From Nitrosopumilus sp. (GTDB lineage Archaea; Thermoproteota; Nitrososphaeria; Nitrososphaerales; Nitrosopumilaceae): 64,000 nt of DNA. Shown here piece after piece: positions 29,703 to 40,350 of the stretch. A program made the position numbers and the translations under genes. Numbering within the stretch: position 1 is the stretch's first letter; every line of letters starts with the position of its first letter. The stretch is taken from assembly GCA_965223425.1 (NCBI GenBank), contig OZ245003.1:1600001-1664000 (forward strand). The letters are read 5' to 3'. The notes beneath the pieces are model-generated. The model saw only the letters and a program-made list of their open reading frames with translations. It ran no database searches and was not told the DNA's origin.

Positions 29703-30113
29703 ATGAACGGGGAGGACCAGCTACAGATTGCAGCACTTGCAGGATACATCGAGCATACATGCGGCATACACAAATCCCTGATCAGGGCAGAACATCGCAT
29801 ACTATTATACGACAACAAAGTGATAGGGATATTTTCAAAAATCACCGACAACATATGCAGAAGAACCACAACGCTAAACCCCGACATCATAATCCTGAAC
29901 AAGTCCAGAAGGAAGATACGGCTGGTAATAGAGCTTGACGGCTCGGCGCACGACCGGCCACACATTGACCGTGGCAGAACCAGGAGGCGGAACATGTTGT
30001 ACAAAATGGCAAGGATTCCGTTCGTGGTGATCAACATCAGGGAGTTCAGGCGGCATCGAAAGTCATGGTTTGATTTTATTGACAGGAAGCTGGTGTCTAA
30101 CAACACGCATTGA
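29703..30113 (+). CDS. Vsr/DUF559-like PD-(D/E)xK endonuclease
   Basis: NPDIII...LVIELDGSAHD...RRRNMLY...IPFVVIN. Confidence 0.65.
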   Translation: MNGEDQLQIAALAGYIEHTCGIHKSLIRAEHRILLYDNKVIGIFSKITDNICRRTTTLNPDIIILNKSRRKIRLVIELDGSAHDRPHIDRGRTRRRNMLYKMARIPFVVINIREFRRHRKSWFDFIDRKLVSNNTH

Positions 30114-30313
30114 AAAATGTGGAAATTAATATCTGAGTGGAATATATTTCTGTCACGAATCTGCGGTTCTGAAAATTTGCAAGATCATAAATCCGAACTG
30201 TTACCGATCACATCCCACATGGACACAGATTGTTTGTGGCAAAGAAGATTGAAGAAGAGCGCAGGCAAAATCCATAAAAACCAACTTTAAAAACAAACGG
30301 CCGGTTCAGTTTT

Positions 30314-30664
30314 ATGGATGAATCACCCGAACACAATCCTCCCGCCCCCTCAAAATGGTGGTACATCGGACATGCGTTTTTAGGGGTGATAACAGGTCTG
30401 GCATGCTACGTCCTGTACAAGGACAAGAACCCGCAGATGGCAAGAAGGCACCTGATCACCTCGATATGGTTCCCAATTGCAGTATGGGTCGGCCTCAGTC
30501 TGGTTTTGGCACTTGCATTTCCTTCCGATTACATGCTGGAAGATATGGCGCCGCTTGGGCATGATCTCATGGCGCTCAATGCAGGTGCAGAGTCTGATGG
30601 ACCATCATTCCCAGATCATAGGCAATTGGCATATACGGAGCCGATGATTGAATTTTTTATATAA
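30314..30664 (+). CDS. Small membrane protein
   Basis: Two transmembrane segments; SKWWY...LGVITGLACYVLYKDKNPQMARRHL. Confidence 0.6.
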   Translation: MDESPEHNPPAPSKWWYIGHAFLGVITGLACYVLYKDKNPQMARRHLITSIWFPIAVWVGLSLVLALAFPSDYMLEDMAPLGHDLMALNAGAESDGPSFPDHRQLAYTEPMIEFFI

Positions 30665-30745
30665 TACCATATTTATTTAATTGTAGAAATGTACGTGTTT
30701 ACTTTGAAAAATATACTTCCAAATTAGCCTCAAAATGGAGAAAAA

Positions 30746-31771
30746 ATGGCAACCAACACACATACGTTTGAGGCAATACGTGGAATGCAGGCAGGCAGTA
30801 ATTTCTACATTGCCATGTGTACGCTAAAGTCAGTGGCCAAGCTGTTCACATATACTGATGCTGACATCCCGGCAGAACAGAGAGCGCAGCGAACCCTTCG
30901 AAAGTCCAGAATCCCAAAGATACGCGATTACATCCTGCAAAATTCAGATGACTATATTTTTTCATCAATTACAGTATCAGTTGACGGCAGGATAGCGTTC
31001 ACTCCGATTTCGGCAACCAGGAAGGATATCGGAATGATTTCATTCTCCCAGGATGCCTCTATCTTAATCAATGACGGCCAGCACCGCGCAGCTGCGATAA
31101 AAAATGCAATCGAGGAGAACCCACAGCTTGGCCAAGACAAAATCTCAGTTGTCTTCTTTGAGGACCTAAAGCTCGAAAAAAGCCAGCAGATGTTTGCGGA
31201 TCTTAACAAACATGCAGTAAAGCCGACAAGGTCGCTTGGAATATTATATGACAGGCGCAATGACTTTGCAATTTTCCTGGTCGAAATGATCAAAAGTATC
31301 AAGGTGTTCCATAACAGAATAGAGATGGAAAAGACCAGCATATCCAACCGCTCTACAAAGTTCTTTACGCTAAACGGCCTGGAGCTTGCGACCAAAAATC
31401 TCCTTGGAAAGGACAAAAACCTAAAAGAGGGCGAGAAAAAGACCGTAATTGATTTCTGGAACACCGTTGCAAAAAATATTCCAGAATGGTCGCTGTTGAT
31501 GGACAGGAAAGTGACTCCCACGGAACTGAGAAAGGACTGCGTTCACGCAAATACAAACATGCTGGAGGCCATCGCAATTGCGGGCAACAGGCTGATAAAA
31601 AACCATCCAAATGAATGGAAACAAAAACTGTCAGGCCTGCAAAAGATAGACTGGAGCAGGACAAACCGGGAATGGGACGACAAGATAATAATTAGAGGCA
31701 AGATGACAAAGACAAGGGCTGGAATGAACAGCGCCGCAAAAATTCTGATAAGGTACTGCGGGGGTAAATAA
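30746..31771 (+). CDS. dndB: DNA sulfur modification protein DndB (DGQHR domain)
   Basis: AIRGMQAG, RAQRTL, INDGQHR and QQMFADLN. First gene of the dnd cluster. Confidence 0.9.
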   Translation: MATNTHTFEAIRGMQAGSNFYIAMCTLKSVAKLFTYTDADIPAEQRAQRTLRKSRIPKIRDYILQNSDDYIFSSITVSVDGRIAFTPISATRKDIGMISFSQDASILINDGQHRAAAIKNAIEENPQLGQDKISVVFFEDLKLEKSQQMFADLNKHAVKPTRSLGILYDRRNDFAIFLVEMIKSIKVFHNRIEMEKTSISNRSTKFFTLNGLELATKNLLGKDKNLKEGEKKTVIDFWNTVAKNIPEWSLLMDRKVTPTELRKDCVHANTNMLEAIAIAGNRLIKNHPNEWKQKLSGLQKIDWSRTNREWDDKIIIRGKMTKTRAGMNSAAKILIRYCGGK

Positions 31772-33186
31772 TGGAATCAGTTTTCAAGTCAAGAACCCTC
31801 GGTGATATACATGCGGAAATTCAGCAAGTCTATCTTGGGGACAAAAGGCCGTGGATTCTCGGATTTAGCGGAGGCAAGGACTCTACCTGCATGATACAGA
31901 TAGTGTGGACTGCACTGTCAAAACTGCCAAAATCCAAGCTCACAAAAAAGATCTATGTGATATCTTCTGACACCCTGGTCGAATCGCCAAAAATAGTGGA
32001 GACAGTTACCGGCTCCCTTGAGAGCATGGAGAAGGCAGCAAAGGAATCGTCAATACCACTTGAGACCAACCTCGTCAGGCCCGTACTCCATGACACCTTC
32101 TGGGTCTGCATGATAGGCAAGGGATATCCCGCACCCTCAAACACGTTCCGGTGGTGTACTGACAGGCTGAAGATAAAGAGCGCAAACAGGTTCATAGAAG
32201 AGAGGGTGTCTGAACACGGCGAGGTTGTGATGGTCCTTGGCAGCAGAAAGGCAGAAAGCAGCACCAGGGCACATGTGATGGACAACCACAAAATCAGTGG
32301 GAGCCACCTCTCACACCACAACATGCTTCCACAGGCGTTCATCTATGCCCCCCTGCAGGACTTTACCACAGAAGACGTATGGAACTATCTCTTGCAAAAT
32401 TCCGCCAACCAGTGGGGCGGAAACAACCGCGATCTTTTATCCATGTATCAGGATGCAAATGCCGCCGAATGCCCGCTAGTGATTGACACCAGCACGTCCT
32501 CATGCGGCAACAGCAGGTTCGGATGCTGGGTGTGTACGGTGGTCGAGCGCGACAAATCCATGGAGAGCATGATTGATAACGGCCAGGACTGGATGGAGCC
32601 GTTGCTTGAGCTCAGGCAGATGCTAAAGGACACGCAGGTCCCAGAAAGGAAGAACGAGTTTCGCGAGCTCAAACACAGGAACGGCCGCGTCATATTTTGG
32701 AACGACAGGATAGCCTACGGCCCGTACAAGTTTGAATTCTGCAAGAGGATATTTGAAAATCTTATACGTGCCCAGATGGCAGTACGCAAAAACGGCCCTG
32801 ATCCGGACATCGCATTAATACATGATGACGAGATTCATGAGATCCAGCGCATATGGAGAACAGAGCACGGGGACTGGAAGAATTCCGCATACGGCACATA
32901 CAAGGGCATTACAGGGGATGAAATTGCCCCGATTGAGGAGGACCTGGGGGCCTTTGGACTGGTGGAGCAGTCAGAACTAGAGAAATCCTGCAAGGAGCAC
33001 GACATCCCATACGAGCTCATGGCAAGATCCCTCCAGGTGGAGTTTGACATGCAGTCAATTACAAGCAGGCAAAAGGTGCACACGGCGCTCTCAAAAATAC
33101 TGACAGAGGAGTGGCGCCAGGACATGGATGAGGCAGTAAGGGACGTGGCAGAAAGAAAGAGCAAGATAAAGGAGATTTATGAGTAG
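31771..33186 (+). CDS. dndC: DNA phosphorothioation sulfurtransferase DndC
   Basis: PWILGFSGGKDS, SDTLVE, FRWCTDRLKI, ECPLVID and CGNSRFGCWVCT. Confidence 0.96.
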   Translation: MESVFKSRTLGDIHAEIQQVYLGDKRPWILGFSGGKDSTCMIQIVWTALSKLPKSKLTKKIYVISSDTLVESPKIVETVTGSLESMEKAAKESSIPLETNLVRPVLHDTFWVCMIGKGYPAPSNTFRWCTDRLKIKSANRFIEERVSEHGEVVMVLGSRKAESSTRAHVMDNHKISGSHLSHHNMLPQAFIYAPLQDFTTEDVWNYLLQNSANQWGGNNRDLLSMYQDANAAECPLVIDTSTSSCGNSRFGCWVCTVVERDKSMESMIDNGQDWMEPLLELRQMLKDTQVPERKNEFRELKHRNGRVIFWNDRIAYGPYKFEFCKRIFENLIRAQMAVRKNGPDPDIALIHDDEIHEIQRIWRTEHGDWKNSAYGTYKGITGDEIAPIEEDLGAFGLVEQSELEKSCKEHDIPYELMARSLQVEFDMQSITSRQKVHTALSKILTEEWRQDMDEAVRDVAERKSKIKEIYE

Positions 33187-33188
33187 AT

Positions 33189-35207
33189 ATGCTGCTTGAA
33201 AGACTGGTCCTTGAGAACTATGGGGTCTATGCAGGCAGATCAGAGTTTGACCTGTCATGTACGGAGGAAAAGCCGATTGTCCTCATAGGCGGACTTAATG
33301 GCGCGGGGAAGACTACCGTCTTTGAGTCGCTGATGATCGCACTGTACGGCAGGACATACCTTGGAAGGCGCGCAACAAAAAAGGAATACATGAAGTTTGT
33401 CGGAGACAGAATTCACAGACACGGGGATGTACATGCGGACTTCGCCTCAGTCGAGGTGGCCTTTCGGTTCTACCACAACGGATGCGACGACAGGTACGAG
33501 GTGGAACGAAGCTGGACAAGGGAGGGCGCCTCTGTTTCCGAATCGCTCCTGGTACGAAAGAACGGCAGGTCGCTAAACGATGTGGATGAGTCCCAGTGGC
33601 AGTCGTTTATAGAGGGACTCCTGCCTCTCGGAATAGCAAAGCTGTTCTTTTTTGACGGTGAGAAGATAGTGCGGATTACAGAATGGGGGAACAGCGGCAA
33701 TGATGAGATAAGGTTCTCACTTGACATTTTGCTTGGGGCAGAACTGATCAACAGGCTTCATTCAGACCTGGAGCTTTACATGGTAAGAAGATCCGGCAGG
33801 GAAGGCGGCGGCAATGACTGCGCAATACAGGAAAAATACGACAATATGAGACGGGAAAAAGAGGAGCTGGTCTCAGAGATTGTGTCCCTGTCAGCAGAGA
33901 ACGAGAGAAAAAACGCAGAGATTCAGCAGGTCACATCGAAAATTAACATGAAGGAGTCCGGGATAGCCGGAGTCGGCGGCGGATATGCGAACATACGTGA
34001 AGGCCTCCTCACACAAAAGGCGACACTCCAGGAAAAGATCAGACATCAGGGGGGGACAATCCAGGAGGAGCTGGGAGGGGATGCGCCGCTATACATGATG
34101 TACTCGATGATGAGAGGCATCAAGGATCAGATAGAGTGCGACATGTCAATCATTAATCAAAAGGCGACTGCACGCATGATACGTGAAAAGTCAGAAAAGC
34201 TCAAGGAGGAGATCTCTTCTGATGAAAAATTATGGCCCGACAATACAGATTCAGAACAAATCTCAGGGAAGATATTGGAAAAACTGCACAATATGTTTGC
34301 AGAGCCAAAAGATGATGTCTTTTTTGAGATTGGCACATCTGATGCCTCGTGGTTACGGCAGAAGATATCCGGAATTGGCAATGAATCCAAATCACTCCAG
34401 GTGAAAATAAGCGAATATGGAATGACTGTAAAGGACCTTGAAAAGATTGAATCGGAGCTGCTAAAAGTTCCAAGGGACGACGAGATAGGTCCCAAAATAT
34501 CCGAGATTAACGCGCTGCATCAGGAGATTGGAATATTAAAGTCCGAGGTGGCACATATTGACCGGCAGATATCATCAAAGCGCGCATACCAGAGGATACT
34601 TCAAGGCAAGCTAAAGGTACTGGTGGACTCTATCCACAAGGACAAGATGACAGATGCCGGAATGCAGCTTGCCTCCGGAATGCAGAAGGCCCTGGACACA
34701 TACTCGACTAACCTAAGGGAGCAAAAGATACGTGAGCTCGAATCCAACCTGCTTGACGCAGTGGGGCTGCTGCTCCACAAAAAACACATACACAAAATAA
34801 GGATAGACGGCCGGACATTTGAGATAAACGCGTACGGGAAGGAGGAGGATGACGGCCGCGACGTGGAAAACCCGGTCGAACTAAAGTCGATGGGTGAGAG
34901 GCAGATGATTGGAACGGCGCTGCTTTGGGCCATTGCACGAACAAGCGGAAGGTCACTTCCGTTTGTCATTGATACGCCGCTTGGACGGCTTGACGGCATG
35001 CACCTCTCAAACCTGATGAACAGGTTCTATCCGTTTGCCTCACACCAGATTGTTTTGCTGTCGACAGACAGGGAGATTGGCGCCAAGGAATACGCGGAGC
35101 TGGAGCAGTACACGTCAAGATCATACAGGATAACATGCGATGAAGGCATATCAACTAGCACGGTGACGGAGGGATACTTTGTGGGGGAGACAGTTGCACA
35201 GGCTTGA
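33189..35207 (+). CDS. dndD: DNA sulfur modification SMC-like ATPase DndD
   Basis: GLNGAGKTT, LFFFDGEKI, coiled coil, SMGERQ, IDTPLGRLD and HQIVLLSTDREI. Confidence 0.95.
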   Translation: MLLERLVLENYGVYAGRSEFDLSCTEEKPIVLIGGLNGAGKTTVFESLMIALYGRTYLGRRATKKEYMKFVGDRIHRHGDVHADFASVEVAFRFYHNGCDDRYEVERSWTREGASVSESLLVRKNGRSLNDVDESQWQSFIEGLLPLGIAKLFFFDGEKIVRITEWGNSGNDEIRFSLDILLGAELINRLHSDLELYMVRRSGREGGGNDCAIQEKYDNMRREKEELVSEIVSLSAENERKNAEIQQVTSKINMKESGIAGVGGGYANIREGLLTQKATLQEKIRHQGGTIQEELGGDAPLYMMYSMMRGIKDQIECDMSIINQKATARMIREKSEKLKEEISSDEKLWPDNTDSEQISGKILEKLHNMFAEPKDDVFFEIGTSDASWLRQKISGIGNESKSLQVKISEYGMTVKDLEKIESELLKVPRDDEIGPKISEINALHQEIGILKSEVAHIDRQISSKRAYQRILQGKLKVLVDSIHKDKMTDAGMQLASGMQKALDTYSTNLREQKIRELESNLLDAVGLLLHKKHIHKIRIDGRTFEINAYGKEEDDGRDVENPVELKSMGERQMIGTALLWAIARTSGRSLPFVIDTPLGRLDGMHLSNLMNRFYPFASHQIVLLSTDREIGAKEYAELEQYTSRSYRITCDEGISTSTVTEGYFVGETVAQA

Positions 35208-35565
35208 GAAGGTAAGACTGTCAATAAGGTCGCAAAACCATCTGGGACAGCTCAAACACAAGACAGGCCTGTCAATCAACGTTCTTGCCAGATTCGGAAT
35301 CTGCCTCTCCTTGAAGGATTCCAGTCTGCCAAATCCGGACATGTATGACGAGAAGGGAATGGAGCTGCTTCCACACGTACTGTTTGGGAAAAACGAGCTG
35401 ATATATGCCGCAATGTTTCAGAAGAGGCTTTATGACGACGGGCTTGACTATCAGAAATATGCCGGCCGCATGATACGGGCGCACATAAACCGCGGTGCCG
35501 GGATTCTGTTTCCAAGAATTGACAGACTGGAAGGCTTTGGAGTCCTGCTGGAGAAAAACGCATAG
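35194..35565 (+). CDS. dndE: DNA sulfur modification protein DndE
   Basis: LKHKTGLSINVLARFGICLSL...RAHINRG. TTG 35194 follows GGGGAGA (track start 35179). Confidence 0.9.
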   Translation: MHRLEKVRLSIRSQNHLGQLKHKTGLSINVLARFGICLSLKDSSLPNPDMYDEKGMELLPHVLFGKNELIYAAMFQKRLYDDGLDYQKYAGRMIRAHINRGAGILFPRIDRLEGFGVLLEKNA

Positions 35566-35568
35566 GAT

Positions 35569-36744
35569 ATGACCGGGACAGGTTTTCCCATTTATCTTGA
35601 CAATCATGCCACCACAAAGCTTGACCCGCGAGTATTGGAGGAGATGATGCCGTACCTTACCGAAAAATTCGGCAACGCATCCAGCATGGATCACGCGTAC
35701 GGACATGACGCATCAGTTGCCGTGGAATCCGCACGTGAAGGGATTGCCGGCATAATCAATGCAAGGCACGATGAGATAGTCTTTACGTCCGGGGCCACAG
35801 AGTCAGACAACATTGCGCTGATTGGAACGATGGAAAGGTACGGGGACCGGGGAAATCACCTGATCACGTGCGTCACAGAACACAGGGCAGTCCTTGACAC
35901 TGCAAGGCATCTGGAGAATTTCGGCAAAAAGGTGACGTATCTTCCAGTTGATCAGTACGGTCAGGTCAGTCTTGATGACATACAAAATGCAATCACAGAC
36001 AAAACGGTAATGATATCAGTCATGATGGCAAACAACGAGATTGGGACAGTTGCCGACGTTGCCAAAATCGGAAGGCTTGCCCATGACAGGGGAGTAATAT
36101 TTCACACAGATGCCGCACAGACTGTCGGACACATCCCAGTGGATGTGCAGCAGATGAACATTGATCTGATGTCATTTTCTGCACACAAGATGTACGGGCC
36201 CAAGGGCGTCGGTGCGCTGTATATTCGCGGAATAAGCCCCAGGATAAAACCTGCCCCCATTATTCATGGCGGCGGACAGGAGAGAAACATACGTTCAGGG
36301 ACCATAAACGTCCCGGGGGTGGTAGGCTTTGGCAAGGCAGCAGAGATTGCCGCAAGGGAGATGGAGTCAGAGAACAAAAGATTCAGGAAATGGAATGACT
36401 CTATGCTGTCGGACTTTGAGAAGGTCGGGGGACTGCTCAACGGGCATCAGACAGAGAGGCTCTCACACAATCTCAACGTCTGCTTTCCAAAAACTGAGGG
36501 CAAGGCAATAATTAATTCCATATCCAAGGAAATTGCAATATCTGCCGGTTCTGCATGCACGGCACAGACTGTGGAGCCGTCCCATGTCATTCTTGCGCTG
36601 GGTTACGGCGAGGGGCGCGCACACTCGTCTGTACGGATTGGATTCGGCAGGTTCAACGAGGAGGGGGAGACGGAGTATTGCGCAAAGGCAGTATCAAAGT
36701 CAGTGGAGTCCCTCAGGGGAATTACCCTGAATAACAAAAGCTAG
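35569..36744 (+). CDS. dndA: Cysteine desulfurase DndA/IscS
   Basis: YLDNHATT, TSGATES, HTDAAQ, SAHKMYGPKG (PLP lysine) and SAGSAC (catalytic Cys). Directly follows dndE. Confidence 0.93.
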   Translation: MTGTGFPIYLDNHATTKLDPRVLEEMMPYLTEKFGNASSMDHAYGHDASVAVESAREGIAGIINARHDEIVFTSGATESDNIALIGTMERYGDRGNHLITCVTEHRAVLDTARHLENFGKKVTYLPVDQYGQVSLDDIQNAITDKTVMISVMMANNEIGTVADVAKIGRLAHDRGVIFHTDAAQTVGHIPVDVQQMNIDLMSFSAHKMYGPKGVGALYIRGISPRIKPAPIIHGGGQERNIRSGTINVPGVVGFGKAAEIAAREMESENKRFRKWNDSMLSDFEKVGGLLNGHQTERLSHNLNVCFPKTEGKAIINSISKEIAISAGSACTAQTVEPSHVILALGYGEGRAHSSVRIGFGRFNEEGETEYCAKAVSKSVESLRGITLNNKS

Positions 36745-36836
36745 CGCGTCATACTGCTGCTGATGCCGGCACATGAAACTGCACTGGGCCGGCAAAATCC
36801 AAACTGTAAATAGCATAAAGCGCACAGTATTGTATC

Positions 36837-37694
36837 ATGTGCGCATATGGAATAATCATTCATGGCGGGGCAGGCGATTCGGACACTGATGATCCGCATG
36901 CAAAGGGGACAATGCAAAAAATTATCGACTCGTCATGTAAGATGCTGAGGGATGGCTGTTCTGCCGTCGATGTTGCAGAACATGCAGTATCAGAAATGGA
37001 GAACTCTGGAAAGTTCAACGCAGGAGCAGGGTCATGTCTCACAGAAAAGGGCACAATAGAGATGGATGCAGGTATTATGAACGGGGAGACCATGCAGTGC
37101 GGTGCAGTCGCAATAATCAACGGCGTGAAAAATCCAGTAATGGTGGCAAGGCAGGTAATGTCCGAATCCGAACACTCTCTAATTGCAGGAAATGGCGCAC
37201 TTGAATTTGCGCTGGCACACGGATTCTCAAAGTTTGAGATCGTGCCGAAAAAAACACAGATGGAAAAACTGGAAAAAATACTGATGCACAAATATGGAAC
37301 AGTCGGGGCAGTGGTGATTGATGCAAAATCAAACATAGTGTCAGCAGTATCTACTGGGGGGATATGGTCCAAGACCTGCGGCAGAATAGGGGATTCGGCA
37401 ATTGCAGGCTCTGGGTTTTATGCAAACAACAGTGCGGGAGGCGCCGTGGCAACAGGCGAGGGCGATGTAATAATAAAGTCATGTCTTACAAAAAACGTAT
37501 GCGACATGATGTATTCGGGGATATCCGTCCAGGAGGCCGCAGACATTGCAATCCATGATCTTGGGCGGCTTGGAGGAAAGGGCGGCGTCATTGCAGTGGG
37601 CAGAGATGGGAAAATTGGCGCCTCGTTTAACACAAAGACGATGCTTTTTGCACATGTGAGCGATGATGGCGCAGAAGAACCACCATCATTCTGA
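36837..37694 (+). CDS. Isoaspartyl peptidase/L-asparaginase (Ntn hydrolase)
   Basis: IIHGGAG, FNAGAGS, EMDAGIM, GTVGAV (nucleophile Thr), STGG, GRIGDS and TGEG. Confidence 0.92.
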   Translation: MCAYGIIIHGGAGDSDTDDPHAKGTMQKIIDSSCKMLRDGCSAVDVAEHAVSEMENSGKFNAGAGSCLTEKGTIEMDAGIMNGETMQCGAVAIINGVKNPVMVARQVMSESEHSLIAGNGALEFALAHGFSKFEIVPKKTQMEKLEKILMHKYGTVGAVVIDAKSNIVSAVSTGGIWSKTCGRIGDSAIAGSGFYANNSAGGAVATGEGDVIIKSCLTKNVCDMMYSGISVQEAADIAIHDLGRLGGKGGVIAVGRDGKIGASFNTKTMLFAHVSDDGAEEPPSF

Positions 37695-37743
37695 AGGGCC
37701 GACTATTAGAAATTTATTTAAAGTCAAGCATCAAACATACTCC

Positions 37744-38568
37744 ATGTTAGAAATTCCTTCCAAATCGATTGATATTCCGCTTGAAGAGATAACGCTGGGC
37801 AAAAGTCAGGCAAGACAGAGAGACACAAAGGTTGACGAAGATGATGATTTGGTTCACAGCATCCGTAAAAATGGACTGATCACCCCGATAATTGTAAAAA
37901 AAATTGAAGATAGAAAATATGAGCTGCTGGTGGGACAGCGCAGATTCCGGGCTCACGAAATTCTAAAAAAATCCACAATTAGGGCCCAGGTTATGGAAAG
38001 GGACATCGATGAGTTTGAAGCCAAAAAGATTTCCCTGATTGAAAATGCGGCACGCAAAGACATGAAGCATGCAGATTATATGGACACCATTCAAATGTTT
38101 ATGGAAAAGTATAACGGAAGAGTGGCAACTGTTGCAGAAGAACTTGGACTGTCAACTGGTACTGTGAGCAAATATTTTTCAGTTAGCAATCTGCCAGAAA
38201 ATGTCAAGAGTAAGGTAAGAGAGAAAAAGATCAGTCCTGCAAACGCTATAAAGGCCCTCAATGCGCTGGGTGGCGAAGTTTCAGAAGTGAATGAAGATGA
38301 CCTGCTGGAAACTGCCGAAGAAATGCAAAAGCTATCTCCACAGTCCAGGAAAAAATTCGTAGAGATAAAGAAACATGAGGAGGGAATTTCCACAAGCAAA
38401 GCAGTGGAACAGGCAAAAAAACGAGTCGAATTACATCATGTTAGTTTAGATGCAACAGACGACCAGCTAATCAGAATAGAAAAATTCAAGGAGAAGGAAA
38501 GCATTGAAGAAACAGGTGACGCAGTGAGTGAATTAGTGGATCTTGGTTTGGATGCATCTGATGTCTGA
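37744..38568 (+). CDS. ParB/RepB/Spo0J-family protein
   Basis: LVHSIRKNGLITPIIV, YELLVGQRRFRA, SLIENAARKDM and an HTH (VAEELGLSTGTVSKY). TATA-like TTTATTTAAA at about 37713 supports ATG 37744. Confidence 0.88.
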   Translation: MLEIPSKSIDIPLEEITLGKSQARQRDTKVDEDDDLVHSIRKNGLITPIIVKKIEDRKYELLVGQRRFRAHEILKKSTIRAQVMERDIDEFEAKKISLIENAARKDMKHADYMDTIQMFMEKYNGRVATVAEELGLSTGTVSKYFSVSNLPENVKSKVREKKISPANAIKALNALGGEVSEVNEDDLLETAEEMQKLSPQSRKKFVEIKKHEEGISTSKAVEQAKKRVELHHVSLDATDDQLIRIEKFKEKESIEETGDAVSELVDLGLDASDV

Positions 38569-39305
38569 TGTCACTGTTAAAAGATCCAAAACGTCTTGCC
38601 GAATTGTTATGCAGCATTAAGGTGTCACATACTGACAGACCCCTGACTCCCATGGAGACTGCCGAGAGAATAAAACTGCTGGAAAAGGAGGGTTATGACA
38701 AAAACACACTCTCAAAGAGACTGTCACTTTCCACAGATATGATTGATTTGTTTTTACAACTCTTGAGGCTCCCTCAGAAAATCCAGGACATCGTAAATTG
38801 GGGGGCATCAAAAAAAGATACCGGTGAAATCTCCTTTACGTCGGCAGCCGAACTAGTCAAGCTGGACAACCCTGATGACATGTTAAAACTGGCAGGAGCC
38901 ATCACAGGCATGCCCAGACCTGTAAACAAAAACGAGGTAAAGGGGATAGTCAGCCTCAAAAAGAACAACCCAGGAAAACCCATTGAGGAGTGCATAACAG
39001 AGGTGCTCAACGTCACGCGGCCCGTAATAATCAATCACTTTCTGTTCATCAGTGGCATAAAACCTGCCACCGTCCAGTCACTCAGAAAGGCATCAGAGAA
39101 AAACAACACGGACTTGAACACGTTTTCATCAGAGATAATCTCCAAAAAGCTTCCAAACGATTCTGTAAAGGACGTGAATATGCATGATGACTATGTCCGC
39201 ATCGCCTTTACAGAAGAGGGAAGGAACCATTTTCACAAATATGCCGATTCTGAAGGCATATCGATCAAGGACGTGGTTAACCATATCTTTGAAGAAGTGA
39301 TGTGA
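38568..39305 (+). CDS. ParB/KorB-like HTH protein lacking the N-terminal CTP-binding domain
   Basis: LTPMETAERI...LSKRLSLSTDMI...LLRLPQKIQ...ISFTSAAEL. TGATG coupling with the upstream ParB gene. Confidence 0.65.
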   Translation: MSLLKDPKRLAELLCSIKVSHTDRPLTPMETAERIKLLEKEGYDKNTLSKRLSLSTDMIDLFLQLLRLPQKIQDIVNWGASKKDTGEISFTSAAELVKLDNPDDMLKLAGAITGMPRPVNKNEVKGIVSLKKNNPGKPIEECITEVLNVTRPVIINHFLFISGIKPATVQSLRKASEKNNTDLNTFSSEIISKKLPNDSVKDVNMHDDYVRIAFTEEGRNHFHKYADSEGISIKDVVNHIFEEVM

Positions 39306-40346
39306 ATGAATGAAGACGAGCTTTTCTCCAAGGTAAAAATTACAAATGACGGTGCGATATGTTTGGGTGACTCTGTTGTCTGTGACGGGTTTGAGCGCGG
39401 CTATCACGCTGCCGTGTTTACACACATTCATTCAGACCACATATCTTCCAGCTTTGAGACATGCATGCACCAGTATGACGTGTATTCCTCAAAAATTACG
39501 GGGGACCTGCTTGAAGCCATGACTGAGGACACGTATCTCAAAAGAACGCAGTTTCATAGAATGGACTATGAAGAGGCCGAAATGATCAAGTGCAATGACA
39601 GGGGCGATTTTCTGACACTGATACAGTCAAGGCATATGCTGGGTTCAAGTCAGGTTTTTCTGGAAACACATGACAGATTAAAAATTATGTACTCTGGTGA
39701 CATTTCACCAGAAGACAGGCCGCGCAAATGTGACATTCTTGTCATTGATTCGACGCACGGCAATCCGCTTTTTGACAAAGTTATCAGCAGTGAAAGCCTG
39801 GAGCGAAGGCTCAATGATGTGGTAATCGAGGCAATAGACAAGAAAAGGCCAGTATGCATTCATGCGCACAGGGGAAAACTTCAGCACATCATGCACATGC
39901 TTTCAAAGGATGGTAACATTCCAAAAACCGTTCCATTTCTGTCCGAACACGTCGAAAACAAGATTGCATCCGTTTATGACAAAAACGAATGTAAAATTTC
40001 CAGGAAACTGTATGATATCAGTTCCTATGAGGGAAGCAAGATTATCGGCGATACGTACCCGTGGATAGAGTTCAGCTCGACCCCGCGCGAAAGCGAGAGG
40101 GAGAAGCGGGGCCAGATGCTGACTATCAGCATGATGGGAAGGTATGGTCAGGACACAATATCTCACAATGGCGCAAAGTGGTGGATTGCCTCAAACGAGC
40201 ATGCTGAATTTTCTGAGCTATTAGAGTATGTAAGGAATGCCGACCCGCACATTGTAGTCACTGACAACATGCGAACCAGAAACGGGGTTACACTGGCAAA
40301 GGAAATAAACAGCAAGTTGGGAATACCTGCAAGACCGATGCCGTAA
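39306..40346 (+). CDS. MBL-fold/beta-CASP nuclease
   Basis: THIHSDH, HMLGS, YSGD, IDSTHG and C-terminal NEHA. Confidence 0.8.
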   Translation: MNEDELFSKVKITNDGAICLGDSVVCDGFERGYHAAVFTHIHSDHISSSFETCMHQYDVYSSKITGDLLEAMTEDTYLKRTQFHRMDYEEAEMIKCNDRGDFLTLIQSRHMLGSSQVFLETHDRLKIMYSGDISPEDRPRKCDILVIDSTHGNPLFDKVISSESLERRLNDVVIEAIDKKRPVCIHAHRGKLQHIMHMLSKDGNIPKTVPFLSEHVENKIASVYDKNECKISRKLYDISSYEGSKIIGDTYPWIEFSSTPRESEREKRGQMLTISMMGRYGQDTISHNGAKWWIASNEHAEFSELLEYVRNADPHIVVTDNMRTRNGVTLAKEINSKLGIPARPMP

Positions 40347-40350
40347 CAAA

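Noticed and set aside
37744-39305. Standard ParAB partition cassette
   Set aside because: No ParA ATPase is adjacent, and the ParB genes are coupled to nucleases instead.
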